A DNA stretch of 61,726 nucleotides from an uncultured archaeon (GTDB lineage: Archaea > Thermoproteota > EX4484-205 > JAAOZP01), in the NCBI GenBank assembly GCA_938045545.1, contig CALIBN010000018.1:1-61726 (forward strand). The letters run 5' to 3'. Positions 47,003-56,747 of the stretch are shown piece after piece; positions within the stretch are counted from its first letter, which is position 1; every line of letters begins with the position of its first letter. The notes under the pieces were generated by a model that saw nothing but the letters and a program-made list of their open reading frames with translations, searched no databases and was not told the DNA's origin. The translations under genes and the position numbers were made by a program.

Positions 47003-48127
47003 ATGATGGTTGAGGAGAGGCTGGAACTGGGGAGGCTTGTCACATTCATACCTAACAAGCATATTCCGATACACAACTGGTTCTATTACAAGGAGGCTTT
47101 TTCCCGCGACTTCGTAGTCCTTGTGGCCAGGCAGCTCGGGCTTGGAGAAGGCTCCTGGGTGCTGGATCCGTTCTGCGGCGTCGGCACAACCCAGCTTACA
47201 GCGAAGGAGCTTGGAATAAACAGTGTCGGCGTCGACGTGGCGGAGCTCCCTGTTTTCGCCTCCAAGGTTAAGACTGCCGACTACGATGTTGAGCAGCTCC
47301 GAAGGGTTTCTGAAAAAGTTTTCTCGGAAAAGTTCAGGAGGCCCAGCCTAGGTGGGTTAAGCAGGCTTGTTAGAAGAGCCTTTCCGAGGCATGTTCTGGA
47401 GGACGTGCTGTTCTTCAGAGAGATCGTTGAAAACATTGAGGACGAGGCTGCGAGAGGCTTCTTCAAACTCGGCTTGATAAGCGCAGCTATGAAAGCATCC
47501 TACGTGGTGAAGGACGGCGGCCTCCTTAGAATAGTTAAGGAGAGGAGCGTCCCTCCTTTCAGAAAGTTCTACAGGAACAGGATTAGGAGGATGATTAAGG
47601 ATGTTGAAGCCACAAGGATGCTTAACCCTAAGGTGGCGACTTTCAAGGCTGACTCGAGAAACCTAGGGTTCCTCGAGGACGAGATGTTCGACGCAGTCAT
47701 CACTTCACCACCCTATTTGAACAAGATAGAGTACGCCAGGGTTTACGGCGTTGAAAACGAGCTTTTCTTCAAGGGCTCTGAACCTATGCTGCGCTCATAC
47801 ATAGGCGATGCGGTTAGGCTCGCCGAGGGTTCTGGAGACATTGGGAACATGCCTGCGATAGTTGAAGCCTACTTTCAGGATCTACGCCGGGTTCTGTCTG
47901 AGCTCCACCGTGTTCTCAAAAAGAACGGGAAGGGTGTTTTCGTCATAGCTCAAGGAGTTTTCCCGACTGGCGTTGTTGAAACAGAGAAAATATTCGTTGA
48001 AATGGCTGAGGATATTGGGTTCGAAACCGAGAGGCTCTGGCTGGTTAACAGGAGGGTTGCAACCAGGGACCGGGTTGTCAAGATCGGCTATGCTGACGAG
48101 TATATTGTTTTCACCCGTAAGCTGTGA
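47003..48127 (+). CDS. N4-cytosine/N6-adenine DNA methyltransferase (orphan)
   Basis: VLDPFCGVGTT (motif I) precedes ITSPPY (motif IV). Confidence 0.8.
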   Translation: MMVEERLELGRLVTFIPNKHIPIHNWFYYKEAFSRDFVVLVARQLGLGEGSWVLDPFCGVGTTQLTAKELGINSVGVDVAELPVFASKVKTADYDVEQLRRVSEKVFSEKFRRPSLGGLSRLVRRAFPRHVLEDVLFFREIVENIEDEAARGFFKLGLISAAMKASYVVKDGGLLRIVKERSVPPFRKFYRNRIRRMIKDVEATRMLNPKVATFKADSRNLGFLEDEMFDAVITSPPYLNKIEYARVYGVENELFFKGSEPMLRSYIGDAVRLAEGSGDIGNMPAIVEAYFQDLRRVLSELHRVLKKNGKGVFVIAQGVFPTGVVETEKIFVEMAEDIGFETERLWLVNRRVATRDRVVKIGYADEYIVFTRKL

Positions 48128-48135
48128 AAAAGCCT

Positions 48136-49152
48136 CTAAAGCCTGAAGCTGGCCTCCATGCTTGGACGTATCGGTTTAGAATCGTAGCCGAGCCTCCTAA
48201 GCTCCCTGGAAAACTCCTCCGGGAAACCATGGACTGTGAAAACCCTCTCCGGACTTGTTTCCCTCACGATTTCCATGAGGCCGTTGAAATCAGCATGGTC
48301 GCTCAACGGGAAAGCCTTGTCCACGCCAAGCGCCTCACTGTACCAGTTGAAAAGCGATCTGCCTGAGAAGCTTATGAAGACAGCCCCATACTTCCTTTTG
48401 ACAAGTTGCATGAAAGCATTCCTGCCTGAGACATTTGGATAGTATAGAGCCCAGGAGCCGTCCGGCAGCTCCGAGGACTGGGGTGTGAAAACCTTCTTCC
48501 CCCTTATTCCCACGGAGAAAAGCCTGTACACATTGTTATACTCAGCTATGGATGGTGAAACATATGTTTCAACAACACCCTGGAGAACAGGGTCCAGAAC
48601 CATTTGAACATGCTGAGACTTCCCCAGCGGATACCCCATCAGAACCATTGGCCTCCCCTTCCTGACCGTTTCACTCACGTAGTCGACAATCTCGCCTATC
48701 AGCTGTCTCCTCGGGGGGAAAACAAGGCTGGGACGGCCGTAGTTAGACTCTATTATCAGCGTGTGAACCCTCGGGAAGCGTTGCCTAGGTATGCTTTCAA
48801 CCGGTGAAGTGTTAACGTCCCCCGTGTACAGTATTCCACCCATATCTGTTTCCACGAGCAGGGCTTTAGACCCCAGAATATGGCCTGAGTCTAGAAGAAT
48901 GAAAGGATTCTGCTCTGCACGCTTGACTTCAAGCCCCCTTAGGGTCGAGAGCAGAAGAGTCTCCTCCGAGCATACTGCCAGCGTTCTCCTAGCGTCAGAC
49001 TTACCCAGATGGTCGAAGTGAGCGTGAGATATGAAAAGATAGTTCAAAGCCTCGTCGGAGCCTATTTTCAGAAGCGCTTCCCCTTCTCTCAGGCGAATGG
49101 TTGCGAAACGGTCAAGCTTAACCGAAAAACCCTTTGAGCATGCTGCAGACAT
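48136..49152 (-). CDS. MBL-fold beta-CASP-like nuclease
   Basis: SHAHFDH, SGHILGS, YTGD, ESNYG, LSDHAD, TVHG. Confidence 0.8.
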   Translation of the reverse strand: MSAACSKGFSVKLDRFATIRLREGEALLKIGSDEALNYLFISHAHFDHLGKSDARRTLAVCSEETLLLSTLRGLEVKRAEQNPFILLDSGHILGSKALLVETDMGGILYTGDVNTSPVESIPRQRFPRVHTLIIESNYGRPSLVFPPRRQLIGEIVDYVSETVRKGRPMVLMGYPLGKSQHVQMVLDPVLQGVVETYVSPSIAEYNNVYRLFSVGIRGKKVFTPQSSELPDGSWALYYPNVSGRNAFMQLVKRKYGAVFISFSGRSLFNWYSEALGVDKAFPLSDHADFNGLMEIVRETSPERVFTVHGFPEEFSRELRRLGYDSKPIRPSMEASFRL

Positions 49153-49155
49153 CGG

Positions 49156-50802
49156 CTAGGTGAAAAACCTGTTTCCCCTCAGCTTAGCTAGAAACCGGCT
49201 TTCAAGCCTCTTAGCCGGCGGAGCCCATTTCCGCCTCCTTTCTTCAAGATCATCACTGTTGACGAGCAGGTCAAGCCTCCTGCCCGGCACGTCTACAAGT
49301 ATCTCGTCGCCATCCTCCACGAGCGCTATTGGTCCGCCAGCGTACGCCTCTGGAGAAACATGGCCTACCGCAATACCGCTCGTGCCGCCGGAGAACCTTC
49401 CGTCGGTGACAAGCGCAACCCTTTCAACAAGCTTCCTTCCGACTATGAGTGAAGTTGGCATGAGCATTTCACGCATCCCTGGGCCGCCTAGAAGCCCCTC
49501 GTAGCGCACGACGACCACGGTGTTCACCGTGAAATCCTCTTTCTCAAGAGCTTCAACAGCCTCCTCCTCAGAGTTGAAAACCCTAGCCCTGCCTCTGAAC
49601 GTTCTAAGCTGAACAGGAGTCCCGGCGAGCTTAATCACAGCACCCTCTGGCGCCAGGGATCCCCATAGCACCGCTATGCCCCCTTCACTCCTGTAAGGGT
49701 TATCCGGGGAACGTATGAACGTGCCCCTCGGATCAGGAAACTCTTCGACAAGCTGCCTGAGGCTTTTACCAGTAACAGTTAGAACATCAAGGTTAAGATG
49801 TTTTCTAAGGATCTTCATAAGCGAGGGGACTCCGCCAGCGTTGTAAAAGTCAAACATGAGTCCTTCGCCAGACGGTCTCATCAGAACCAGCGTAGGTATC
49901 CTCCTGCTCAGCTCGTCGAAAGCCTTCAGCGAAAGCTCGTAGCCAGCCTCCTTGGCTAGAGCACTCAGATGGAGAACAGTGTTGGTGGAGCCTCCTAGAG
50001 CATTGTCGACAATTATCGCGTTGACGATGCTTTCAGGCTTAACAATATCCTTGAACCTTAAGCCCTCCCTCCAGAGCCCGACTATCCTCCTCCCAGACTC
50101 GTATGCGAGATTCTTCTTACCCTCGTCCTCAGCGTGAGTAGCAGCCATGCCCGGGAGCGACAGGCCCATCGCCTCAACAAGGCAGGCCATGGTGTTCGCA
50201 GTGAACAGGCCGGCGCAGCTCCCGGCACCCGGGCAGGCGACCCGTTCAAACTCCCTCAGCTCCTCAAGCGTAATCCTCCCCTCACGGTACTCTCCCAGGG
50301 CCTCGAAGACTGAAACCAGGTCCACCCTCCTCCCCTTGAACACGCCCGGATACATGGGGCCGCCTGTGACGAATATAGATGGAAGGTTCAGCCTTGCCGC
50401 CGCCAGCAGGTGGCCGGGGACAATCTTGTCGCACGAGGATATGAAGACCAGGGCGTCGAACATGTGTGCTGAAACCATTATCTCAACCGTGTCCGCGATA
50501 ACCTCCCTGCTAGGCAGCGAGAACCTCATCCCATCATGGTTCATAGCAATACCGTCGCAGACGGCGATCGTGTTGAAGACGAAGGGAACTCCGCCCCCGT
50601 CTCTAACACCCTTTGAAACGTTTTCCGCGATCACGTCGAGGTGAACATGCCCCGGCACAACGTTAGTGTAGGAGTTAACTACGCCTATGAAAGGCTTGTC
50701 GAAATCCCCGTTCCTCAATCCTAGTGCGTGGAGCAGAGCCCTGTGCGGAGCCCTGTCCACACCCTTCTTTACAGCGTCGCTCCTCATCAAGCCTTTTCTC
50801 AA
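49156..50802 (-). CDS. ilvD: Dihydroxy-acid dehydratase
   Basis: CDGIAM, CDKIVPG, CAGLFTANTM, GGSTN, TDGRFSG. Confidence 0.95.
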   Translation of the reverse strand: MRKGLMRSDAVKKGVDRAPHRALLHALGLRNGDFDKPFIGVVNSYTNVVPGHVHLDVIAENVSKGVRDGGGVPFVFNTIAVCDGIAMNHDGMRFSLPSREVIADTVEIMVSAHMFDALVFISSCDKIVPGHLLAAARLNLPSIFVTGGPMYPGVFKGRRVDLVSVFEALGEYREGRITLEELREFERVACPGAGSCAGLFTANTMACLVEAMGLSLPGMAATHAEDEGKKNLAYESGRRIVGLWREGLRFKDIVKPESIVNAIIVDNALGGSTNTVLHLSALAKEAGYELSLKAFDELSRRIPTLVLMRPSGEGLMFDFYNAGGVPSLMKILRKHLNLDVLTVTGKSLRQLVEEFPDPRGTFIRSPDNPYRSEGGIAVLWGSLAPEGAVIKLAGTPVQLRTFRGRARVFNSEEEAVEALEKEDFTVNTVVVVRYEGLLGGPGMREMLMPTSLIVGRKLVERVALVTDGRFSGGTSGIAVGHVSPEAYAGGPIALVEDGDEILVDVPGRRLDLLVNSDDLEERRRKWAPPAKRLESRFLAKLRGNRFFT

Positions 50803-51782
50803 CCGTACACCATCGACCTTATTTTCCTCCCAACTGTCTCTATCATGTGGTTTCTCTCCCTTTCAACAAGAGTCTTCAGAACAACCTGGTTGGAACTGTT
50901 CTCCAGTATCCACTCCCTTGCGAAAACACCTGTCTGAACGTCTTCAAGGAGCTTCCTCATCTTCCTCTTAACATCCTCGTCTATAAGGATTGGGCCGCGC
51001 GTAAGGCCGCCGTACTTAGCGGTGTCGCTGACAGCCTGCCACATGCCGGATAAGCCTTTAGACCAGATGAGGTCGACGATAAGCTTCAGCTCGTTTAAAA
51101 CCTCGAAGTACGCAACCTCAGGCTGGTATCCTGCTTCAACAAGGATTTCGAAGCCGCTTTTAATGAGCGACGAGACCCCGCCGCATAGAACAGCCTGCTC
51201 GCCGAAAAGGTCTGTCTCAACCTCCTCCTTGAAGGAGGTCTCTATCAAGCCGATTCTACTCAGCCCAACAGCCTTAGCAACCTCCCTGACTGTTCTCGAA
51301 GCATTACCGGTGTAATCCTGGTGGACAGCAATCAAGCCGGGGACCCCGGTTCCGCGGACATACGCGTCCCTTAACGCGGGGCCTGGCGCCTTAGGAGCCA
51401 CGAGTACAACGTCGAGCCAAGGGGAGGGGACAATCTGCCTGTAGTGAACGTTGAAAGCATGCGCGAAAACCAGTGTCGAACCCTTTGAAACATTCGGCTC
51501 AACATGATCCCTGTAGACAGCAGGCTGAGCAGGATCAGGTATGAGCATGAGAATAATGCTGCTCCTCTTAACGGCTTCGCCTATCTCGTAGACTTCGAAA
51601 CCGTCCTCGGAAGCCCTTTTCCACGAGGAGCCTTCTCTTCTCAAGCCTATTATCGTCTTAACGCCGCTGTCCCTGATGTTCTTAGCCTGAGCCTCACCCT
51701 GGGAGCCGTAGCCTATTACGGCTACAGTCTTATTCTTAATCAACTCAATGCTTATCTCGTCATCCCTTATTATCCTGGCCAT
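50799..51782 (-). CDS. ilvC: Ketol-acid reductoisomerase
   Basis: GYGSQG, APKAPG, ETDLFGEQAVLCGG. Confidence 0.95.
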   Translation of the reverse strand: MARIIRDDEISIELIKNKTVAVIGYGSQGEAQAKNIRDSGVKTIIGLRREGSSWKRASEDGFEVYEIGEAVKRSSIILMLIPDPAQPAVYRDHVEPNVSKGSTLVFAHAFNVHYRQIVPSPWLDVVLVAPKAPGPALRDAYVRGTGVPGLIAVHQDYTGNASRTVREVAKAVGLSRIGLIETSFKEEVETDLFGEQAVLCGGVSSLIKSGFEILVEAGYQPEVAYFEVLNELKLIVDLIWSKGLSGMWQAVSDTAKYGGLTRGPILIDEDVKRKMRKLLEDVQTGVFAREWILENSSNQVVLKTLVERERNHMIETVGRKIRSMVYG

Positions 51783-51827
51783 CCCTCAGTCACCCCTACT
51801 CCACGGCCACGTTTTCTTTTAAGCTTT

Positions 51828-52316
51828 TTACTTTCTGAAACGGTTCAGAGTGTGAATCATCACGCCGCTCCTGGAGAAGCTTTCAATACGGTCTTTAAAC
51901 TCCTCCTTGAAATCGTCAACCGTCCTGGGGTCGGCTAGGAGCTCGACTAGAAGCCTGGAGCCGCTGAGCAGGGTTGTCCTAGCCCTATACCTGACCCGAA
52001 TATAGTCGCTCACGCTCGTGTCGCAATCCTTCAGCACAGCTACGAAGGCCTCCCTTATCACGTCGTACTCCAGAGAACCCGTCTTAACCTCGAAGACGCA
52101 CGGGTTCTTCTCAAGAACCTTCACGATGTTTTCAAACTTCTCCCGAGGCAGGCTGAAGGTCAGCGATATCTCAGAGGTCTTTCCGTTCACCATGCCGACA
52201 GTGATCGTGTCAATGTTTATCGCCCTCCTTGCGAATATTGAGGATATTCTCTCCATCACGCCAGGCATGTTTAGAACCCTGAGCACGATGAACCTCTTAT
52301 TCTCATCTGAAGCCAT
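51828..52316 (-). CDS. ilvN: Acetolactate synthase small (regulatory) subunit
   Basis: ACT domain NMPGVMERISSIFARRAINIDTITVG. Confidence 0.85.
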   Translation of the reverse strand: MASDENKRFIVLRVLNMPGVMERISSIFARRAINIDTITVGMVNGKTSEISLTFSLPREKFENIVKVLEKNPCVFEVKTGSLEYDVIREAFVAVLKDCDTSVSDYIRVRYRARTTLLSGSRLLVELLADPRTVDDFKEEFKDRIESFSRSGVMIHTLNRFRK

Positions 52317-52323
52317 TCAAGCC

Positions 52324-53997
52324 CTACCTCCTCACGATGACGCTGTCAAGCGGGGAAGCCGGGGGAACCATTGGGAAAACGTTATCCTCCCTCTCAACAA
52401 TAACGTCTAACACGGTCGCCTCATCCTGCTTCAAAGCGTTCTCAAGAGCCTCCTTAAGCTCGCTTATCCTAGTCACTTTAAACCCTCTGGCTCCGAAGCC
52501 CTCTGAAACCCTAGCTATGTCAGCCCTACCCTTCAAGTCCACAGCAATATACCTCCTTCCGTAGAAAAGCTCCTGCCACTGCCTCACCATCCCCAGGAAA
52601 TAATTGTTGAGAACAATGACTATGATCGGCAGATTATAGTCGACTGAAACCGGAAGCTGGTTGCAAGTCATAAAGAAGCTTCCGTCCCCAGCTATGTCGA
52701 AGACACGGCTCCCCGGGAAGGCTGCCTTAACCCCGATCGCAGCCGGAAGCCCGAAGCCCATTGTGCCAAGACCGCCGGAGGATATGAACTGTCTTGGACG
52801 CCTGGCTGTGAAGTGGAGCGAAGCATACATCTGGCACTGACCCACCTCCGTCGTCACAAAGTCTTCAGCCCTAACGTAGTCGTTCAAAACCCTGACTGCG
52901 GCGCTCGGGTCAACTGGGACAGCATCGTAATCGTAGAGGAACTCGGACTCCTTCTTAAGCTGCCTCACCCTTTCACCCCATGCTCCAGCCTTACCCTTCT
53001 GGAAAAGCCTGAGAATCGTGCTGCGAATCCTGCTTAGAACCTGCTTAGCGTCGCCGGCGATGCCTAGGTCAGGCTTAAGCAGCTTCCCGATCTCAGACCT
53101 ATCTATGTCAACATGAATCTTCCTAGCCCCCGGGGCGAAGCCGCTTAGCTTACCAGTGGTCCTGTCGCTGAACCTCATTCCCACTGCGAAAACAAGGTCG
53201 CTCTCCTGAACAGCCTTGATCGCGGCGAGCCTCCCGTGCATCCCAACCGCGCCTAGGGATAACGGGTGATCCTCGGGAATACACCCCTTACCCATCAGCG
53301 TCGTCGCCACGGGAGCGTTTAGAAGCTCTGCCAAAGCAACAAGCTCGCCTGACGCGCCTGATATTATGACCCCGCCGCCGGCGATGAACACAGGCCTCTC
53401 AGCCTCAACCAGCATCCTGGATGCTGCTAGAATCTCCTCGTCGGAAGGAGAGGGGGGAGCATAAGAGTAAACGTAGAAATCATCGTCAGGCTCACCCTCC
53501 ATAAGCTGAACATCCCTAGGGACATCTATGTGGACAGGCCCAGGCCTCCCGGATAAGGCTATTTTAAAAGCGTTCTCTAAGGCGGAGTTAAGCTCGTTCA
53601 AATCCCTGGGTAGAAAGTTCATCTTAGTCAACCCTATCATCATGGAGAAAACATTAGCCTCCTGGAAGCCGTCGTAGCCTATGAGCGGCGTCGCAACCTG
53701 TCCGGCTATGCTTAAAACCGGCGAGGAATCCAGATAGGCGTTGGCAATCCCAGTTGCAAGATTGGTTGCGCCAGGCCCTGAAGTCGCGACGACGACGCCG
53801 ACCATGCCGGTCGCCCGGGCATAGCCGTCAGCCATGTGGGCAGCACCCTGCTCATGCCTCGTCAGAATGAACTCTATGTCGCTCGCCTTATACAGCTCAT
53901 CTAGGAACGGGAGCACAGCCCCACCAGGCACTCCGAAGATGGTTTTAACCCCGTTCTCCCTCAGCTTCTCCACTAGCAGCCTAGACCCTGAAACCAT
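52324..53997 (-). CDS. ilvB: Acetolactate synthase large subunit
   Basis: RHEQGAAHMADGYAR, TSGPGATN, SGGLGTMG, GDGSF, GMVRQWQ. Confidence 0.95.
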   Translation of the reverse strand: MVSGSRLLVEKLRENGVKTIFGVPGGAVLPFLDELYKASDIEFILTRHEQGAAHMADGYARATGMVGVVVATSGPGATNLATGIANAYLDSSPVLSIAGQVATPLIGYDGFQEANVFSMMIGLTKMNFLPRDLNELNSALENAFKIALSGRPGPVHIDVPRDVQLMEGEPDDDFYVYSYAPPSPSDEEILAASRMLVEAERPVFIAGGGVIISGASGELVALAELLNAPVATTLMGKGCIPEDHPLSLGAVGMHGRLAAIKAVQESDLVFAVGMRFSDRTTGKLSGFAPGARKIHVDIDRSEIGKLLKPDLGIAGDAKQVLSRIRSTILRLFQKGKAGAWGERVRQLKKESEFLYDYDAVPVDPSAAVRVLNDYVRAEDFVTTEVGQCQMYASLHFTARRPRQFISSGGLGTMGFGLPAAIGVKAAFPGSRVFDIAGDGSFFMTCNQLPVSVDYNLPIIVIVLNNYFLGMVRQWQELFYGRRYIAVDLKGRADIARVSEGFGARGFKVTRISELKEALENALKQDEATVLDVIVEREDNVFPMVPPASPLDSVIVRR

Positions 53998-54176
53998 TTA
54001 AAACACCCCTTGCAAACAGCCTTTTGAAAACCCCTGTTTCCCTAGCGGAGGCTTGGCTTGCAGCGGGACTCCTGCAGTTGGCGGACGGTGTCCCGCCCCC
54101 TTGGAGCGTGAATACTATGGTACACTCAGCGCACCTCCTAAGCAGTTTGCCCACGGGGAGGCCTATATTAACCTTT
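53998..54176 (-). promoter_or_regulatory. ilv operon promoter and leader (BRE/TATA AAAGGTTAATATAG, RBS AGGAGGTG, motif AGGGGGCGGGAC)
   Basis: Mirrors the leu leader. Contains a GCGGGAC/GTCCCGC stem. Confidence 0.7.
54042..54125 (-). CDS. Putative ilv leader peptide MYHSIHAPRGRDTVRQLQESRCKPSLR
   Basis: GTG start 6 nt after AGGAGGTG. RGRDxVR motif. Confidence 0.55.
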   Translation of the reverse strand: MYHSIHAPRGRDTVRQLQESRCKPSLR

Positions 54177-54189
54177 CCCCTTATGCAGG

Positions 54190-54888
54190 CTAAATATCGT
54201 CGATGCGAACATTCCTAGCTACTATAGAACATACGAATAAGGCTGAAAAGAAGAGCACTACAGAAAGGATCAGAATCGCTATAATCAGTTTGAACAATAC
54301 GTCGGACTCAAACATTTTAAGAAAGGGAGGAGTGGATGATTGGCTTGACTGCTGATTAAGCTTAACCGCCGCGCTGAAAACAAGCGTCATCAAGCTGAAA
54401 ACAATCAAGCAGAGAAAGACTGCCTTTGAACTAGCAAGTTTTCTAAAAACCTCTTCGGAGAAAACGTATCCGAAGGATAGTGAGAGAAGCCAGTTGCCGT
54501 GCGTAATTAAGAGAAAATACATAAGGCTCGAAATTACTTCGCCTCGTAAAAAATTGATTGAAGGTGTTAAAACTATTAGCGTCTTTAGCTCTAAAAGAAT
54601 AAGGGAAACCAGAGAGTGCACCAGCAAAGGCATGTACTCAGATGTGTTAACGTAAAGCCCCAGTTTAACCCCCCTGTTTAAAAACTCTTTACGCCAGATC
54701 TCAAGCTCAAAAAACGTTGAGAAGAGAACAATCATTACCCATGCCACTGGAAGCAGGGGAACAAGGTGTTCAAAGTTAGCTGAGTATACTATGATATAGG
54801 CCAACAATGCTGCTGGAGCAAGCTCCAGCACTATTAAGAGCGGCGAGGTGAAGAAGAACTTCAGCTCCCGGTCGAGAAGGTTAGCCAA
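54190..54888 (-). CDS. Multi-TM protein, probable ABC-2 type permease
   Basis: About six TM helices, directly downstream of the ABC ATPase-like gene. Confidence 0.55.
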   Translation of the reverse strand: MANLLDRELKFFFTSPLLIVLELAPAALLAYIIVYSANFEHLVPLLPVAWVMIVLFSTFFELEIWRKEFLNRGVKLGLYVNTSEYMPLLVHSLVSLILLELKTLIVLTPSINFLRGEVISSLMYFLLITHGNWLLSLSFGYVFSEEVFRKLASSKAVFLCLIVFSLMTLVFSAAVKLNQQSSQSSTPPFLKMFESDVLFKLIIAILILSVVLFFSALFVCSIVARNVRIDDI

Positions 54889-54894
54889 AGCGTG

Positions 54895-55836
54895 TCACTC
54901 CTCCATAAACCTGTTGGCAGACTCAAGCAGGTGCTGCCTGCTGCTGACTATCTTTTTCACAGAAGCGTTGTTCTTAACCAGGAACTCCAGAGTCCTCTGT
55001 ATTTTCTCCGGAGTGTTTTCCAACTCGATTATCGCCTCCTTCTCACCCGTCGCATACCAGCTTACACCCATTTTCTCAAGCATTTCGATGTTGCTTTCAA
55101 CGCTGAAGCCTGAGACGTGTATTGAAAGCATTCCGGGGCCGCTTACCCCGGTGACGAAGCTCTCCGTGTGGTCTAAGACAGCCTGCTGCCCGTTGTGGAA
55201 GATGATCACCCTGTCGCAAACATCGTCTAGGAGAACGGGCACCGTTGAAAACAAGACTACAGCCTTACCTAGGTCCGTCGAGGTCTTTATGAAGTTCCGC
55301 ATGAAGGAGGCGACATCGTACGTTGCCCCCCTGAACGGGTCGTAGAGAAGCACTACAGCCGGATCATGGATGAAAGCGGAGGCGAAGCAGAGCTTCCTCC
55401 TAAGGGAGAGGGAAAGCCTGGACCATTTAACCCTTGAAAAGTTAGCCGCTTCGAAGAGGGAGAGCAGCTCCCCAACCCTTTTAACAGCCTTCTCCCTAGG
55501 CATGCCGTGTAAAGAAGCTGCTAGAAGAAAGTTCTCCATGACCGTCAGGTCTTCAACCAGGTTCATGGTGCAAGAGTAGAACCCAACCCTCCTGCTGAAA
55601 TCCTTCCTGCCGAACCTCGGGTTGTTGAAGTATATTATGCTGCCTGAGGAAGGCCTCTCCAAGAGGAGCAGGAGCTTGAAAAGGCATTCGACCGGCTCAG
55701 TCCTGTTAGAAACAACCCCAAGTATTTCAGCACTATCCAGGACGAAGCTTGCCTTTGAAAGAAGCGTGTGCTCACCTTTTTTGAACGAGACGTCTGAAAC
55801 CTTCAGCGGCGCGCCCACGGGTTCGGTGAGGCTCAA
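54895..55836 (-). CDS. ABC ATP-binding-like protein with degenerate Walker motifs
   Basis: PSSGSI, LTVMEN, LSLSLRRKL and LLYDPFRG align with the ABC fold. Walker A reads GVVSNRTEP. Confidence 0.7.
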   Translation of the reverse strand: MSLTEPVGAPLKVSDVSFKKGEHTLLSKASFVLDSAEILGVVSNRTEPVECLFKLLLLLERPSSGSIIYFNNPRFGRKDFSRRVGFYSCTMNLVEDLTVMENFLLAASLHGMPREKAVKRVGELLSLFEAANFSRVKWSRLSLSLRRKLCFASAFIHDPAVVLLYDPFRGATYDVASFMRNFIKTSTDLGKAVVLFSTVPVLLDDVCDRVIIFHNGQQAVLDHTESFVTGVSGPGMLSIHVSGFSVESNIEMLEKMGVSWYATGEKEAIIELENTPEKIQRTLEFLVKNNASVKKIVSSRQHLLESANRFMEE

Positions 55837-56118
55837 CCTTCAGCATCCTCCTTACGGTGGAAGCTCATAACTCAAGATCACGAGCACACGGCTCAAAGGC
55901 CAGAGAATTCATCGTCTTCCACCGCGTTAACAATACTTGAGAACAGAAGCTTTTAAGCTTTCCCATGGGGAACAAGGGCAGGGGCTTAAAGATAAGCCTT
56001 ATCTAAAAGACACCGCCTGGTTAAAACGGTTTAACGAAACGCATAATGCTTTCCCAGCAGCATCCACTACCCTGGGGATAAAACTTTTAACCATCCAGCC
56101 TGTTCTAACTCCGGTACC

Positions 56119-56192
56119 GCGGCGCTGGTCTAGCCTGGTATGACACCAGCCCCCCAAGCTGGGAATCCCGGGTTCAAATCCCGGGCGCCGCA
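56119..56192 (+). tRNA. tRNA-Gly(CCC), with C at position 33
   Basis: Near-identical to the tRNA-Gly at 39206. Anticodon loop CCCCCAA. Confidence 0.88.
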
Positions 56193-56396
56193 TTCCCACA
56201 CGTTTGGCTGAATCAATCGTCTTAGACAGGCTTACCGGTGACCCGTGAAACTGAAAAACCTGTCAAAATTGTTTTCACACCGTTTAAAAAAGAATATATG
56301 CGGGCGGCGTGCCTACAACCAGTATGCCGTATGCTAAGAACCCTGCGCTGGCCTTTCAAACAGACTGTTGGAAGCCCAACGTGGGATGAGCCTGAG

Positions 56397-56693
56397 ATGA
56401 CGAAGCCCAGCGACAGGGTTTTAACCTGCGTCGACAAGGGTTTAAGCCGTCTAGGCGGAACCGTGAAACACGTGGTATACTGGTATATTGAAAACGAATA
56501 CGGCTTGAAGAGGGAGGAGATACCTGAAAAGCCTGAAGAGTTTGTGAAGGGCCTCGAAAAAATGTATGGCCCGGGAGCCAGAGTAATAGAGTTGAACATT
56601 CTTAAAGAGTTTAGCGAGGAGTTTAGAGTAGCGTGTGAAAGCCTCGTTGAAGCTGTTAAGACGGTTGAAAAGCTTGAGGATAAGCTGGACTAG
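56397..56693 (+). CDS. DUF3227/NitrOD5-like small helical protein
   Basis: VDKGLSRLG..VVYWYIE..IPEKPEEFVKGLEKMYGPGARVIE pattern. Start at ATG 56397. Confidence 0.6.
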   Translation: MTKPSDRVLTCVDKGLSRLGGTVKHVVYWYIENEYGLKREEIPEKPEEFVKGLEKMYGPGARVIELNILKEFSEEFRVACESLVEAVKTVEKLEDKLD

Positions 56694-56747
56694 CGTGGAC
56701 CTTGAAAAATTAGAAAGAAAAAAAGTTTTGGAAGGTTTTTCAGGATC

